64,000 bases of DNA. Source: an uncultured Gemmatimonadales bacterium. Its GTDB lineage: Bacteria > Gemmatimonadota > Gemmatimonadetes > Gemmatimonadales > GWC2-71-9. The stretch spans positions 327,673 through 391,672 of the forward strand of contig CAWFPG010000004.1 of the NCBI GenBank assembly GCA_963817715.1, read 5' to 3'. Positions 36,695 through 45,415 of the stretch are shown here, piece by piece. The notes beneath the pieces were generated by a model. It saw only the letters and a program-made list of their open reading frames with translations. It had not been told where the DNA came from and made no database searches. Position 1 is the stretch's first letter. Every line of letters begins with the position of its first letter. Both the position numbers and the translations under genes were made by a program.

Positions 36695-38584
36695 ATGTCC
36701 CTCCTCGAACAGATTCAGGGTCCCCAGGACCTCAAGCGGCTCTCCCGTGAGCAGCTTCCGGAGCTGGCGCAGGAGGTCCGCGACCGATTGATCGAGTGCG
36801 TCTCGGTCACCGGTGGCCATATCGGCGCCTCGCTCGGCGTGGTCGAGCTGGCGATCGCCCTGCTCTACGAGTTCGACTCGCCCACCGACAAGGTGCTCTG
36901 GGACGTGGGCCACCAGGCCTACGCCTGGAAGCTGCTCACCGGTCGGAACGAACGGTTCGGCACGCTGCGCACCGAGGGCGGCATCTCCGGCTTCCTGCGG
37001 CGCGACGAGTCGCCGCACGATCACTTCGGGGCCGGTCACGCAGGCACCGCGATGTCGGCCGCCCTCGGGATGGCGACCGCCCGCGACCTGCAGGGCGGGA
37101 CCAACAAGGTGGTGGCCGTCGTCGGCGACGGGGCGCTCACCTGCGGCCTGTCGTACGAGGGGATGAACAACGGCGGGCACTCCGACCGCGACGTCATCCT
37201 GATCGTCAACGACAACGGCATGAGCATCTCGCCCAACGTCGGGGCGATCAGCAAGCTGCTCGGCAGGATCGTGGCCGATCCCCGCACCGACCGGCTGCGC
37301 GAGCGGATCAAGAAGGTCACCTTCAAGCTCGGCGATGTCTTCGGTGACAGCGTGGTGTCGCTGGCACGCAACGTCGAGGAGTCGGTCAAGAACCTCTTCA
37401 GCGAGGGGATGCTCTTCGAGGAGCTCGGCTTCCGCTATTTCGGTCCGATCGACGGCCACGACCTCGACAAGCTCTGCCAGACGCTGGCGCACGTCCGCGG
37501 GCTCGGCGGACCGCGGGTGATCCACGTGCTGACCACCAAGGGGAAGGGCTTCTCGTTCGCCGAGGCGAACCGCGAGAAGTGGCACGGACTGGCCGCCTAC
37601 GACCCGGTCACCGGCGAGGCGCGCAAGAAGCCGAGCGGGCCGCCGACCTGGACCCAGGTCTTCGGCGACTCGCTCTCGGCGCTCGGCGAGGAGCGCGACG
37701 ACTTCGTCGCGATCACTGCCGCGATGCCGAGCGGCTCGGGCACCGCGATCTTCCAGAAGCACTTCCCGAAGCGGTTCTTCGACGTCGGCATCGCCGAGGG
37801 ACACGCGGTAACCTTTGCCGGCGGCCTCGCGACCCAGGGTATCCGGCCGGTCGTGGCGATCTACTCCACGTTCCTGCAGCGCGCCTACGACAACATCATC
37901 CACGACATCGCGGTGCAGCAGTTGCCGGTGACCTTCTGCATGGATCGCGCGGGGCTGGTGGGCGAGGACGGCCAGACCCACATGGGCCTCTACGACATCG
38001 CCTACATGCTGGCGGTGCCGGGGATGACGGTGACCGCGCCCAAGGACGGCGACGAACTGGTGGGGTTGCTGCGGACCGCCCTCGACCACGACGGCCCGTT
38101 CTCGACCCGCTATCCGCGGGACAAGGCGCCCACGGATCCCAATCCGGTGGGCAGCGTGCCAGCGGTGCCCTACGGCACCTGGGAACTGCTCCGGCCCGGC
38201 ACCGAGGTGGCGATTCTGGGTACCGGGACGATGGTGCTGCCGGCCCTCGCCGCCGCCGAGCAGCTCGCCGCGGAGGGCATCGACGCGGCCGCGGTCAATG
38301 CCCGGTTCCTCAAGCCGCTCGACGAGGCGATGCTCGCCTCGCTGCTGGAGCACTGCCGGCTGGTCGTCACGGTCGAGGAGGGCACCGTGGTCAACGGCTT
38401 CGGCGCGATGCTCGCGGCCCGGTTGGAGCGGTCCCACCCGGCGGTACGGGTGCTTGCGATGGGCGTGCCGGACCAGCTGATGCCGCAGGCCCCGCGGGCC
38501 CGCCAGCTGGCGATGTTCGGCCTCACCCCGGAGGGGATCGCCGAGCAGGTGCGCGCCGCGCGTCGCGAGCCGGCCGTGCGCTGA
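36695..38584 (+). CDS. dxs: 1-deoxy-D-xylulose-5-phosphate synthase
   Basis: TGGHIGASLGVVEL, WDVGHQAY, GDGALTCG and DVGIAEGHAVTFAGGLA motifs. Confidence 0.95.
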   Translation: MSLLEQIQGPQDLKRLSREQLPELAQEVRDRLIECVSVTGGHIGASLGVVELAIALLYEFDSPTDKVLWDVGHQAYAWKLLTGRNERFGTLRTEGGISGFLRRDESPHDHFGAGHAGTAMSAALGMATARDLQGGTNKVVAVVGDGALTCGLSYEGMNNGGHSDRDVILIVNDNGMSISPNVGAISKLLGRIVADPRTDRLRERIKKVTFKLGDVFGDSVVSLARNVEESVKNLFSEGMLFEELGFRYFGPIDGHDLDKLCQTLAHVRGLGGPRVIHVLTTKGKGFSFAEANREKWHGLAAYDPVTGEARKKPSGPPTWTQVFGDSLSALGEERDDFVAITAAMPSGSGTAIFQKHFPKRFFDVGIAEGHAVTFAGGLATQGIRPVVAIYSTFLQRAYDNIIHDIAVQQLPVTFCMDRAGLVGEDGQTHMGLYDIAYMLAVPGMTVTAPKDGDELVGLLRTALDHDGPFSTRYPRDKAPTDPNPVGSVPAVPYGTWELLRPGTEVAILGTGTMVLPALAAAEQLAAEGIDAAAVNARFLKPLDEAMLASLLEHCRLVVTVEEGTVVNGFGAMLAARLERSHPAVRVLAMGVPDQLMPQAPRARQLAMFGLTPEGIAEQVRAARREPAVR

Positions 38585-38585
38585 C

Positions 38586-39452
38586 GTGACGCTGCGCGTC
38601 GGCATCATCGCCAATCCCCGCTACCCCGATCTCGGCGGGATGCTGCGCGAGGCCGTGGGCGGCATGACCGCGCGCGGCTGGAGCGTGGCCGCCGACGCGG
38701 AGCTCGGTGAGGCGCTCGAGCATCCGTTCCATCCCTTCGATCCGGCCGAGCTCGACCTGCTGGTCACCTTCGGCGGCGACGGCACCCTGCTGCGAGGCGC
38801 CCGGCGCCTGGACGGCCGCCCGGTGCCGGTGCTGGGCGTCAACTTTGGCCGGATCGGCTTCCTCACTGCCGTGTCTCGCGACCGTGCCGGTGAGGCGCTG
38901 GACCTCTTCGCGGCCGGGCACTACACCCTCTCGTCGCGCACCACGCTGCTGGGCACCGTCGGACCGATCGAGGGTGGCGGCGAGGAGATTGTCACCGCGC
39001 TCAACGACGTGGTGCTGCACAAGGGCGGGGTTGCGCGGGTGGTGCGCTTCCAGCTCAGCATCGATGGCGAGGTCGTCGGACCGGTCTCGGCCGACGGCCT
39101 GGTGGTCGCGTCGCCCACCGGCTCGACAGCCTATTCGATGAGTGCCGGCGGCCCGGTGGTGGTGCCCTCGATCGACGCGATGCTGGTGACGCCGATCTGC
39201 GCCCACTCGCTGTCGATCCGTCCGGTGGTGCTCCCCGGCACGGCGACCGTCAGGATCGAGCCGCTCGATCCCCATCCCCACGACCTGCTGGTGTCGTACG
39301 ACGGTCAGCAGACCCGCGCGCTGGGGCCGGAGCAGGGGCTCACCGTCCGGGTCGGTCCCGATCGGGTGGTGCTGGTGCGCTTCCCGGGCTTCGGGTTCTT
39401 TGCCAGGCTGCGCGAGAAGCTCCACTGGGGCGATCTCTCGGGCCGCGAATAG
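38586..39452 (+). CDS. nadK: NAD+ kinase
   Basis: FGGDGTLL, NFGRIGFL and SPTGSTAYSMSAGGP motifs. Confidence 0.9.
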   Translation: MTLRVGIIANPRYPDLGGMLREAVGGMTARGWSVAADAELGEALEHPFHPFDPAELDLLVTFGGDGTLLRGARRLDGRPVPVLGVNFGRIGFLTAVSRDRAGEALDLFAAGHYTLSSRTTLLGTVGPIEGGGEEIVTALNDVVLHKGGVARVVRFQLSIDGEVVGPVSADGLVVASPTGSTAYSMSAGGPVVVPSIDAMLVTPICAHSLSIRPVVLPGTATVRIEPLDPHPHDLLVSYDGQQTRALGPEQGLTVRVGPDRVVLVRFPGFGFFARLREKLHWGDLSGRE

Positions 39453-41114
39453 ATGCTGCGCTCGCTGCGAGTCCGCGACCTCGCCACGGTCGCCGACGTG
39501 ACCCTCGAGCTGGGCCCCGGCCTCAATGTCCTCACCGGGGAGACCGGGGCGGGGAAGTCGATGCTGGTCGACGCCCTGGCGCTGCTGCTGGGGGATCGCG
39601 CCGATCGGGCGGCGGTGCGGCCGGGTGCCAGCCGCCTGATGATCGAGGGGGAATTCGATGGCCACGGCACGGGCCTGGCAGCGCTGCTGGTCGAGGCCGG
39701 GCTCGACGTCGAGGACCGGCTGGTCGTCCGGCGCGAGGTGAGCGCCGAGGGCCGATCCCGCGCATGGGTCAACGGGTCGCCAGCCACGATCGGTACCCTG
39801 GCAACGCTCGCCACTGCTCTCGCTGATCTCCACGGCCAGCACCAGACGATCGAGCTCGCCCACGGCGACGTGCAGCGCGACCTGCTCGACGCCTGGGCCG
39901 ACGCCGGTCTGCTGGCCACGGCGGTGGCCGACGCGCATCGCGAACTCGGCACCATCCGGGAGGAAGCCGACGCCTTGGTCAGCCGCCGTGACGAGGCGGT
40001 CCGTCGTGCCGACTGGCTGCGTCACGTGGTCAGTGAGATCGATGAGGCGAGGCCGGTGCTCGGCGAGGACGCCGCCCTCGCCGAGGAGTCCAACCGGCTC
40101 GCTCAGGCCGGAACCCTCGGTGAGCAGGCCCGCGAGATCGCCGAGTTGCTCGATGCCGACCAGCTCGGCGTCAGGAACCGACTCGGCAAGGTGGCGCGTG
40201 CGATTGATCATCTCGCCCGCCTCGACCCCCCGGTGACCGAATGGCGCGCCCTGCTCGACTCCGCCTGGGCGGGGCTCGACGAACTGGCCCGACTCGCCGC
40301 CGACTATGCCGACACCGTCGCGGAGGATCCCGACCGGCTGGCCACGCTCGAGCGACGGCGCGACCTGCTGCAATCGCTGGTGCGCAAGCACGGCGGCTCG
40401 CTCGAGTCGGTGCTCGACACCCGCCGTGAGGCTGCCGAAGAGCTCGACCTCATCGATCGCGCCGCGCTCGACCTGGGGGGGCTCGAACGGCGCATCGCGA
40501 CCGCCACGGCTCGACTCACGGCTCGCGCCGTCGAGCTCAGTGCCAGCCGTGTCGAGGCGGCGGAGCGACTCGCGGGTGAGGTCTCCCGACTCCTGCCCGG
40601 GCTCGGGATGCCGGGGGCCACCTTCCTGGTGGTGCTGCACCCGCTCGAGACCATCGCGGTCAGCGGTGCCGAAAGCGTGCGCTTCCTGGCGCAGCTCAAC
40701 CCCGGCATGACGGCCCGCCCGATCTCCACGGCGGCATCGGGGGGCGAACTCTCGCGGTTGATGCTGGCGCTGAAGGTGGTGCTTGCCCGGCACGACAACA
40801 CGCCGACCCTGGTCTTCGACGAGATCGACCAGGGGATCGGCGGCGAGACCGGCAGCCAGATCGCCGCCGCACTCGAGCGCGTCGCCGTGCGCCATCAGGT
40901 GCTGGTGATCACCCACCTGCCGCAGATCGCCTCGCGGGCCGATCGCCACGTGCGCGTGGCCAAGGGCACCCGCGGTGGCGTGGCCACCAGCGATGTGACG
41001 ATCCTCCACGGCGAGGACCGCATCATCGAGGTGGCCCGGATGCTTGGCGACCCCGATGACGATCACGCGCGGCGGCTAGCGACTGCGATGGCGCGAAAGG
41101 CGGCAAGTCGGTAG
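39453..41114 (+). CDS. recN: DNA repair protein RecN
   Basis: The N-terminus has LTGETGAGKS, followed by a long coiled coil, then SGGELSRLMLALK and VFDEIDQGIGG. Confidence 0.92.
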   Translation: MLRSLRVRDLATVADVTLELGPGLNVLTGETGAGKSMLVDALALLLGDRADRAAVRPGASRLMIEGEFDGHGTGLAALLVEAGLDVEDRLVVRREVSAEGRSRAWVNGSPATIGTLATLATALADLHGQHQTIELAHGDVQRDLLDAWADAGLLATAVADAHRELGTIREEADALVSRRDEAVRRADWLRHVVSEIDEARPVLGEDAALAEESNRLAQAGTLGEQAREIAELLDADQLGVRNRLGKVARAIDHLARLDPPVTEWRALLDSAWAGLDELARLAADYADTVAEDPDRLATLERRRDLLQSLVRKHGGSLESVLDTRREAAEELDLIDRAALDLGGLERRIATATARLTARAVELSASRVEAAERLAGEVSRLLPGLGMPGATFLVVLHPLETIAVSGAESVRFLAQLNPGMTARPISTAASGGELSRLMLALKVVLARHDNTPTLVFDEIDQGIGGETGSQIAAALERVAVRHQVLVITHLPQIASRADRHVRVAKGTRGGVATSDVTILHGEDRIIEVARMLGDPDDDHARRLATAMARKAASR

Positions 41115-41140
41115 GCGACGGCCAACAGCAGCACGTGATC

Positions 41141-41171
41141 GAGGCCGGCTCCCCGTTCGGAGGCCGGCCTC
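41141..41171. terminator. hairpin between the convergent recN and outer-membrane protein genes
   Basis: gaggccgg ... ccggcctc forms an 8-bp stem. There is no clear T-run. Confidence 0.35.
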
Positions 41172-41191
41172 TCGTGCGATCAACGATCACC

Positions 41192-42733
41192 TCACCACAA
41201 CTTCTTGTATACCCTGAACCAGAGTCGCGTGGTCAATGCCACCGGTACCAGACCGGAGCCACTCGCCACCGTGCGCTCGATCGCGAGTCCGGCCTCGACC
41301 GGCATCCGGCGCTCGCCGTCGCGTCGGGTGCCGTCGTGGGCATAGCTCATCCCGAGGCCCACCCGCACCGCACTGGCGGCGGTGCCGTCGCCCATGGTCG
41401 CAACGTCGCCGCCGAACGGCGCGGCCTGGTCACCGGGGAGCGACCAGCGGTCCGTGCCGCGGTGAAACCACTGTACCGAGCCGGCGATGGCCAGGCGGTC
41501 GGCGAGTCGCCAGTAGGGCCGTGCCGTGAGGGTCAGCACGTCGCCGGGATTCCAGCGGAGTGATGCCAGCCGGGTGACCGGGAGGAGAAACTCGTCGCGG
41601 CGACCGATGCGCGCCTCCCGGGTGCCCGCCAACTGGCTCCGCCAATCGGCCGATGCGCGCACGCCGACCCGACCCCGACCGGTCTCGACGGTGCCTCGCA
41701 CGCGCAGGTCGAGCTGCCCATCGCCGGTGCCCGGATCGCGCAGGTGATCGGCACGGGGTGGTGTCCCGGTCGGCAGCACCGCGCTGCCGGTGAACCAGGC
41801 CCCGAACCAGCTGCGACGCTCCGCCGAGCTGCGCGACGCGAGGTGCCAGGTGACGCCCAGCTCGATGTCGCCGAGGCCGACCAGCGGCTGCTCGTCGAAG
41901 GTGGCCAGGTTGAACGCGTCGGAGGCAGTGAGCAGCGCGTCGAATTCGCTTTCGGTGATCGCCGCCGAGGGCAGTGCCAGCCCACCGGTCGGGGCAGCCA
42001 CGCCGAGCTCGTTGCCGAATCGGTCATGGTAGTCGGCTGCGGTCGCCAGTAGCGCGCTGCCGTCGGGTGAGTCGCCCAGTGGCAGCACCGGCGAGGCGCT
42101 GCTGGGGTTGACCAGCAGGGCGGCGACGGCGTCGTGAAACGCCGCGCCCTCCTGCACGGTCCTGGTGGCGAGCGCCAGGAGGTCGGGCGACTGATCGAAG
42201 TCGCCGGCGCTGATCCGGCCGGCGACGGCATCGAGCGACGCCTGGAACTGGTCGAGGTACGCACCACTCGACTGGTTGCCGAGCAGCGCCGGGTTGAGGC
42301 CAAGGGTGGCGTTGCTCACGTCGGGGGTGAGCTTCGCCTCGGTGCGCGCCGAGACGATCGGGAGCGAGGCGAAGATGGTGAGCCGGTCGGTCACCCCCAC
42401 GGCCAGGCCGATGGTGCCGACATTGCGCTGGCGCATCAACTGGGCGTCGAGAGCGCCCAGCGATCCACCGCTGGCCGGGGTACCCAGGATCGTCGTCAGG
42501 CGCTGCTCGAGGTCGGCCACCACTGGAGCCGCGGAGGCGGTGAGGGCCGCGGCGGCGACCGGATCGCCGAACGCACGCCGACTGCCGTCGGCGTACTCCT
42601 CCGACGCGGGACTGAAGCCACCGCCGAATGCAATGCGCAGGGTGCCCCGCGGGGCGGTGAGGTAGGGAAGCTGGCCCGCGAGCGGGGCGGTCGCCAGCAG
42701 CAGGCCGAGGGCGGGAAGGAGGCGGCGCATCAT
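41192..42733 (-). CDS. hypothetical outer-membrane beta-barrel protein
   Basis: Start at ATGATG (42733). It has the signal peptide MMRRLLPALGLLLATAPLAGQ, alternating strand-like segments and a C-terminal aromatic signature ...RLWFRVYKKLW. Confidence 0.55.
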   Translation of the reverse strand: MMRRLLPALGLLLATAPLAGQLPYLTAPRGTLRIAFGGGFSPASEEYADGSRRAFGDPVAAAALTASAAPVVADLEQRLTTILGTPASGGSLGALDAQLMRQRNVGTIGLAVGVTDRLTIFASLPIVSARTEAKLTPDVSNATLGLNPALLGNQSSGAYLDQFQASLDAVAGRISAGDFDQSPDLLALATRTVQEGAAFHDAVAALLVNPSSASPVLPLGDSPDGSALLATAADYHDRFGNELGVAAPTGGLALPSAAITESEFDALLTASDAFNLATFDEQPLVGLGDIELGVTWHLASRSSAERRSWFGAWFTGSAVLPTGTPPRADHLRDPGTGDGQLDLRVRGTVETGRGRVGVRASADWRSQLAGTREARIGRRDEFLLPVTRLASLRWNPGDVLTLTARPYWRLADRLAIAGSVQWFHRGTDRWSLPGDQAAPFGGDVATMGDGTAASAVRVGLGMSYAHDGTRRDGERRMPVEAGLAIERTVASGSGLVPVALTTRLWFRVYKKLW

Positions 42734-42770
42734 CGCACCAAAGGTAGCCGAGCCCGGTGGAATGTCGCGA

Positions 42771-42786
42771 TGGCATGATATTGGCA
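42771..42786 (+). promoter_or_regulatory. sigma-54-type (-24/-12) promoter candidate upstream of the first pilin-like gene
   Basis: TGGCATG-ATAT-TGGCA compared with the consensus TGGCACG-N4-TTGCW. GG and GC are correctly spaced, with two mismatches. It lies 87 nt upstream of the ATG at 42873. Confidence 0.5.
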
Positions 42787-42872
42787 AGCTGCTGTGCCCC
42801 TTGGGCCAAGCGCCGCCGGGCCTCGCCGGCCAGGGGCCACCACGATCACCGGGCGATGCACGGGAGAACGCG

Positions 42873-43322
42873 ATGCCCCGTCGGAACGGATTCACCATCA
42901 TCGAGCTGCTTGTCGTCATCACGATCATCGGCATCCTCGCGTCGATCGCGTTGCCACGCTACGCCTATCTCAAACAGCGCGCCTACCTTGCCGCCGTGAA
43001 GAGTGATCTCCACAATCTGGTGACCGCCCAGGAAGCCTTCTACGCGAGCAACGACGACTACGCCGGCTCGATCGCGCCCGGCAACAGCGACGTCCCGGGG
43101 AAGCGCGGAGCCGGCGCGGTGGCCTTCCAGTTCAGCCCCGGTGTCCGACTCGTTCGGATGCGCTATCGATACAACCGTCGGCGGGGGCAGGGCTGGAACG
43201 CGGTGGTCCGGCACCTGCAGATCAAGGATCGATCGACGGATCGCTGCGGGATCTATATCGGGTCGGATCGGTACTCGCCGAATCGGGCGGTGACCTCGCC
43301 CGGAGCGGTCGCCTGCTGGTAG
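42873..43322 (+). CDS. type IV pilin-like protein (prepilin-type N-terminal cleavage/methylation domain), copy 1
   Basis: MPRRNG|FTIIELLVVITIIGILASIALPRY is a class III signal with Glu5. It has a C-terminal Cys pair (C...ACW). Confidence 0.8.
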   Translation: MPRRNGFTIIELLVVITIIGILASIALPRYAYLKQRAYLAAVKSDLHNLVTAQEAFYASNDDYAGSIAPGNSDVPGKRGAGAVAFQFSPGVRLVRMRYRYNRRRGQGWNAVVRHLQIKDRSTDRCGIYIGSDRYSPNRAVTSPGAVACW

Positions 43323-43323
43323 G

Positions 43324-43782
43324 TCAGCGGCGCAACACGTCGAGCGAGCGACCCAGGAACGAATCGGCATCCATCGCGCTCGAGAGTCGCAGCGTCTGCC
43401 CCTGAAGCTCCCCGGTCAGCACGTAGCCGGACCCGTCGGGTCGCCAGTCGACGCCCTCATCGACCGGGCCAGCCTCGGCGAGGGAGCCAGGCAGCCTCCC
43501 GTGCTCTTCGGTGAACCCCTCGACCCGTCCCCGCTCCAGATACAGGGTGAATCGCAGCGCGGCCTCGCGTCGATCAGCGCTCAACACGCTGTCGGTGGCC
43601 GGGCCGAAGATCCACCCCGGTCGCGCGATCCAGATGTAGCCCAGGAAGCCCCAGCCGAGTGCCAGCGCCAGGACAGCCCGCCTGTTGCGGGGGGGCGGGA
43701 CCGGCCGCACGGCGGGGTCCTCGGCAGGCAAGACCTCCCGGACCGCCTCGTAAAGCGCCTCGCGGCGCTGCTGTTCGTTCAT
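43324..43782 (-). CDS. single-TM protein of unknown family, pilin-partner paralogue 1
   Basis: Starts MNEQQRREALYEAVREV, then a TM helix (AVLALALGWGFLGYIWIA), LRFTLYLERGRVEGFTEEHGRLPGSLAEAG and a C-terminal DADSFLGRSLDVLRR. Its stop is 1 nt from the stop of pilin copy 1. Confidence 0.55.
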   Translation of the reverse strand: MNEQQRREALYEAVREVLPAEDPAVRPVPPPRNRRAVLALALGWGFLGYIWIARPGWIFGPATDSVLSADRREAALRFTLYLERGRVEGFTEEHGRLPGSLAEAGPVDEGVDWRPDGSGYVLTGELQGQTLRLSSAMDADSFLGRSLDVLRR

Positions 43783-43892
43783 GTCGCCTCCCGGGTCGTC
43801 GCCGCCGGTGGATCTACCGACTACCGGGGCCAACCTTGCAAGAGGCGGACCGCCAGCATCCTGGCCCAAATGTTGTCATATTGAGAACGCGG

Positions 43893-43975
43893 GCTCGGGT
43901 GGCGGAATGGCAGACGCAGGGGTCTTAAACACCCCGGGGGGCGACCCCGTGCGGGTTCGAGTCCCGCCCTGAGCA
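43893..43975 (+). tRNA. tRNA-Leu (anticodon UAA), class II with a long variable arm
   Basis: Hand-folded: acceptor GCTCGGG/CCTGAGC, D-arm GCGGAATGGCAGACGC, anticodon arm GGGGT-CTTAAAC-ACCCC, a 15-nt variable arm, T-arm GCGGG-TTCGAGT-CCCGC and discriminator A. CCA is not encoded. Confidence 0.92.
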
Positions 43976-44002
43976 TGCTTCCTGTCTCACTCCGGAGCGA
44001 CC

Positions 44003-44446
44003 ATGCGGGATCGGCGGGGCTTCACCCTCATTGAACTGCTGGCGGTGGTGACGATCATCGGCATCCTGGCGTCGATGGCGGTGCCGCGCTACGCCTATCT
44101 GAAGCAGCGGGCCTTCATCGCGTCGATGATCTCCGACCTGCACAACCTGATCTCGGCCGAGGAGGCTTTCTATTCGGTGAACGGCGACTACGCAGGCGGA
44201 ATCACTCCCGGCGCCGAGGTCCCCGGCACCGGGGGCGCGGGCCGGGCGACGCTGATTCCGAGTCCCGGCGTATCGATCACGGTCACTTGGCACTACAGTG
44301 ACTCGAACGGCGAGGGATGGAGCGCAGTGGCAACCCATCCCGGAGTGACCGACCCGAACCGTGATCAATGCGGAGTGTTCATGGGCAATGTGAGCTACTC
44401 GCCCAGCGCCTCGGTGACCCAGCCGGGTGTGATCACCTGTTACTGA
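44003..44446 (+). CDS. type IV pilin-like protein (prepilin-type N-terminal domain), copy 2
   Basis: MRDRRG|FTLIELLAVVTIIGILASMAVPRY. It is paralogous to copy 1 along its whole length and ends with a C-terminal Cys pair (...ITCY). Confidence 0.8.
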   Translation: MRDRRGFTLIELLAVVTIIGILASMAVPRYAYLKQRAFIASMISDLHNLISAEEAFYSVNGDYAGGITPGAEVPGTGGAGRATLIPSPGVSITVTWHYSDSNGEGWSAVATHPGVTDPNRDQCGVFMGNVSYSPSASVTQPGVITCY

Positions 44447-44458
44447 GCACCGCGCCAC

Positions 44459-44938
44459 TCATTCGCGCAGCACCGTCAGGGCGTTGCCGAGGAAGCTGTC
44501 GGCGTCGGCCCGGGAGGGCAGCTGGAGTTCGAGGCTGCCGTACCGTCCGCTCAGCACGTAGCCCTCGTCGGTGCGCTGCCAACTGACGCTGTCTTCGACC
44601 ATCCCGGCCTGGGCGAGTGAGGTGGGCAACCGGCCCCGGCGGGCGACGTACTCCTCGACGCGGCGCCGCTGCAGGTACATCGCGAAGCGGAGGGTCGCCT
44701 CCTGCTTCGCCGGCGAGAGTGTCACGGGTGCCGAGGGGCCGAAGAAGAACTCGGGGCGGGAGGACCAGAGCCACGCGATGACGAGCCAACCAAGCACGGT
44801 CACGAGCACCAACAACCGGATCCGTTCGCGCCGCTGGCCGTGGCGCGCCGTGCGCGCCTCGGCCGGGGTCGGCTCTCGCCCGGCAACCGCATCACGGACC
44901 GCCTCCTCGAGCTGCCGCCGTCGTTCCGCCTCGTTCAT
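44459..44938 (-). CDS. single-TM protein of unknown family, pilin-partner paralogue 2
   Basis: Starts MNEAERRRQLEEAVRDAV, then a TM helix, LRFAMYLQRRRVEEYVARRGRLPTSLAQAG and a C-terminal ADADSFLGNALTVLRE. ATG at 44938. Confidence 0.55.
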   Translation of the reverse strand: MNEAERRRQLEEAVRDAVAGREPTPAEARTARHGQRRERIRLLVLVTVLGWLVIAWLWSSRPEFFFGPSAPVTLSPAKQEATLRFAMYLQRRRVEEYVARRGRLPTSLAQAGMVEDSVSWQRTDEGYVLSGRYGSLELQLPSRADADSFLGNALTVLRE

Positions 44939-44992
44939 CGCTCCCTCCCCGGGGATTGCGGTGCGGTCCCGTTCGTCCGAGACTCCGGTCCC

Positions 44993-45400
44993 ATGACCGA
45001 TCCCGCGCCGCGCATCATCTGGACCTTCCGGCTCAAACTGGCCACCGGCCTCGCGGTGTTCGTGCTGCTTGTCATGGTGATCCGGGCCCGCGCGGAGCGC
45101 ACCGGGATCGCCGCACGACGCGCTGCGTTGCGCGGAGCCCTGCAAGAGCTGGTCACGCTCCAGCAGGACCGCTATGCCTTCTCCGGGCGGTTTGCCACGA
45201 CCCTCGATTCACTCGCCGACTGGGTGCCTCCACCTGGCGTGGTGGTCAGGTTCACGGCCGATGACGACCAGGACTGGCGAGCCATCGCCACCGATCCTGA
45301 CCTTTCCGTACCACCGCGAACCTGCGGCGTCTACCTGGGGCGGCCCGAGAGCGCGCCGCATCGCGCGGTCGTGGAGGAAGGCGTCCCAGCCTGCTGGTAG
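44993..45400 (+). CDS. degenerate pilin-like protein, copy 3 (no G/FTxxE cleavage motif)
   Basis: 135 aa with one N-terminal hydrophobic helix (LATGLAVFVLLVMVI). The C-terminal part aligns with copies 1 and 2 (WRAIATDP...CGVYLG...GVPACW). Confidence 0.5.
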   Translation: MTDPAPRIIWTFRLKLATGLAVFVLLVMVIRARAERTGIAARRAALRGALQELVTLQQDRYAFSGRFATTLDSLADWVPPPGVVVRFTADDDQDWRAIATDPDLSVPPRTCGVYLGRPESAPHRAVVEEGVPACW

Positions 45401-45415
45401 CGTGCTGCGCGTCGG

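Noticed and set aside
35603-38614. A 1003-aa minus-strand ORF, one of the longest in the track.
   Set aside because: It is antisense to clear polyprenyl synthase and dxs genes. It is rich in Arg, Gly, Pro and Ala and has no recognisable motifs. This is a typical stop-codon-poor antisense frame in high-GC DNA.
38523-41066. An 847-aa minus-strand ORF.
   Set aside because: It is antisense to nadK and recN and has no domain signatures.
43838-43892. A sigma-54-like TGGCCCAAATGTTGTC upstream of tRNA-Leu.
   Set aside because: The -12 element reads GT instead of the near-invariant GC. I found no convincing promoter by eye.
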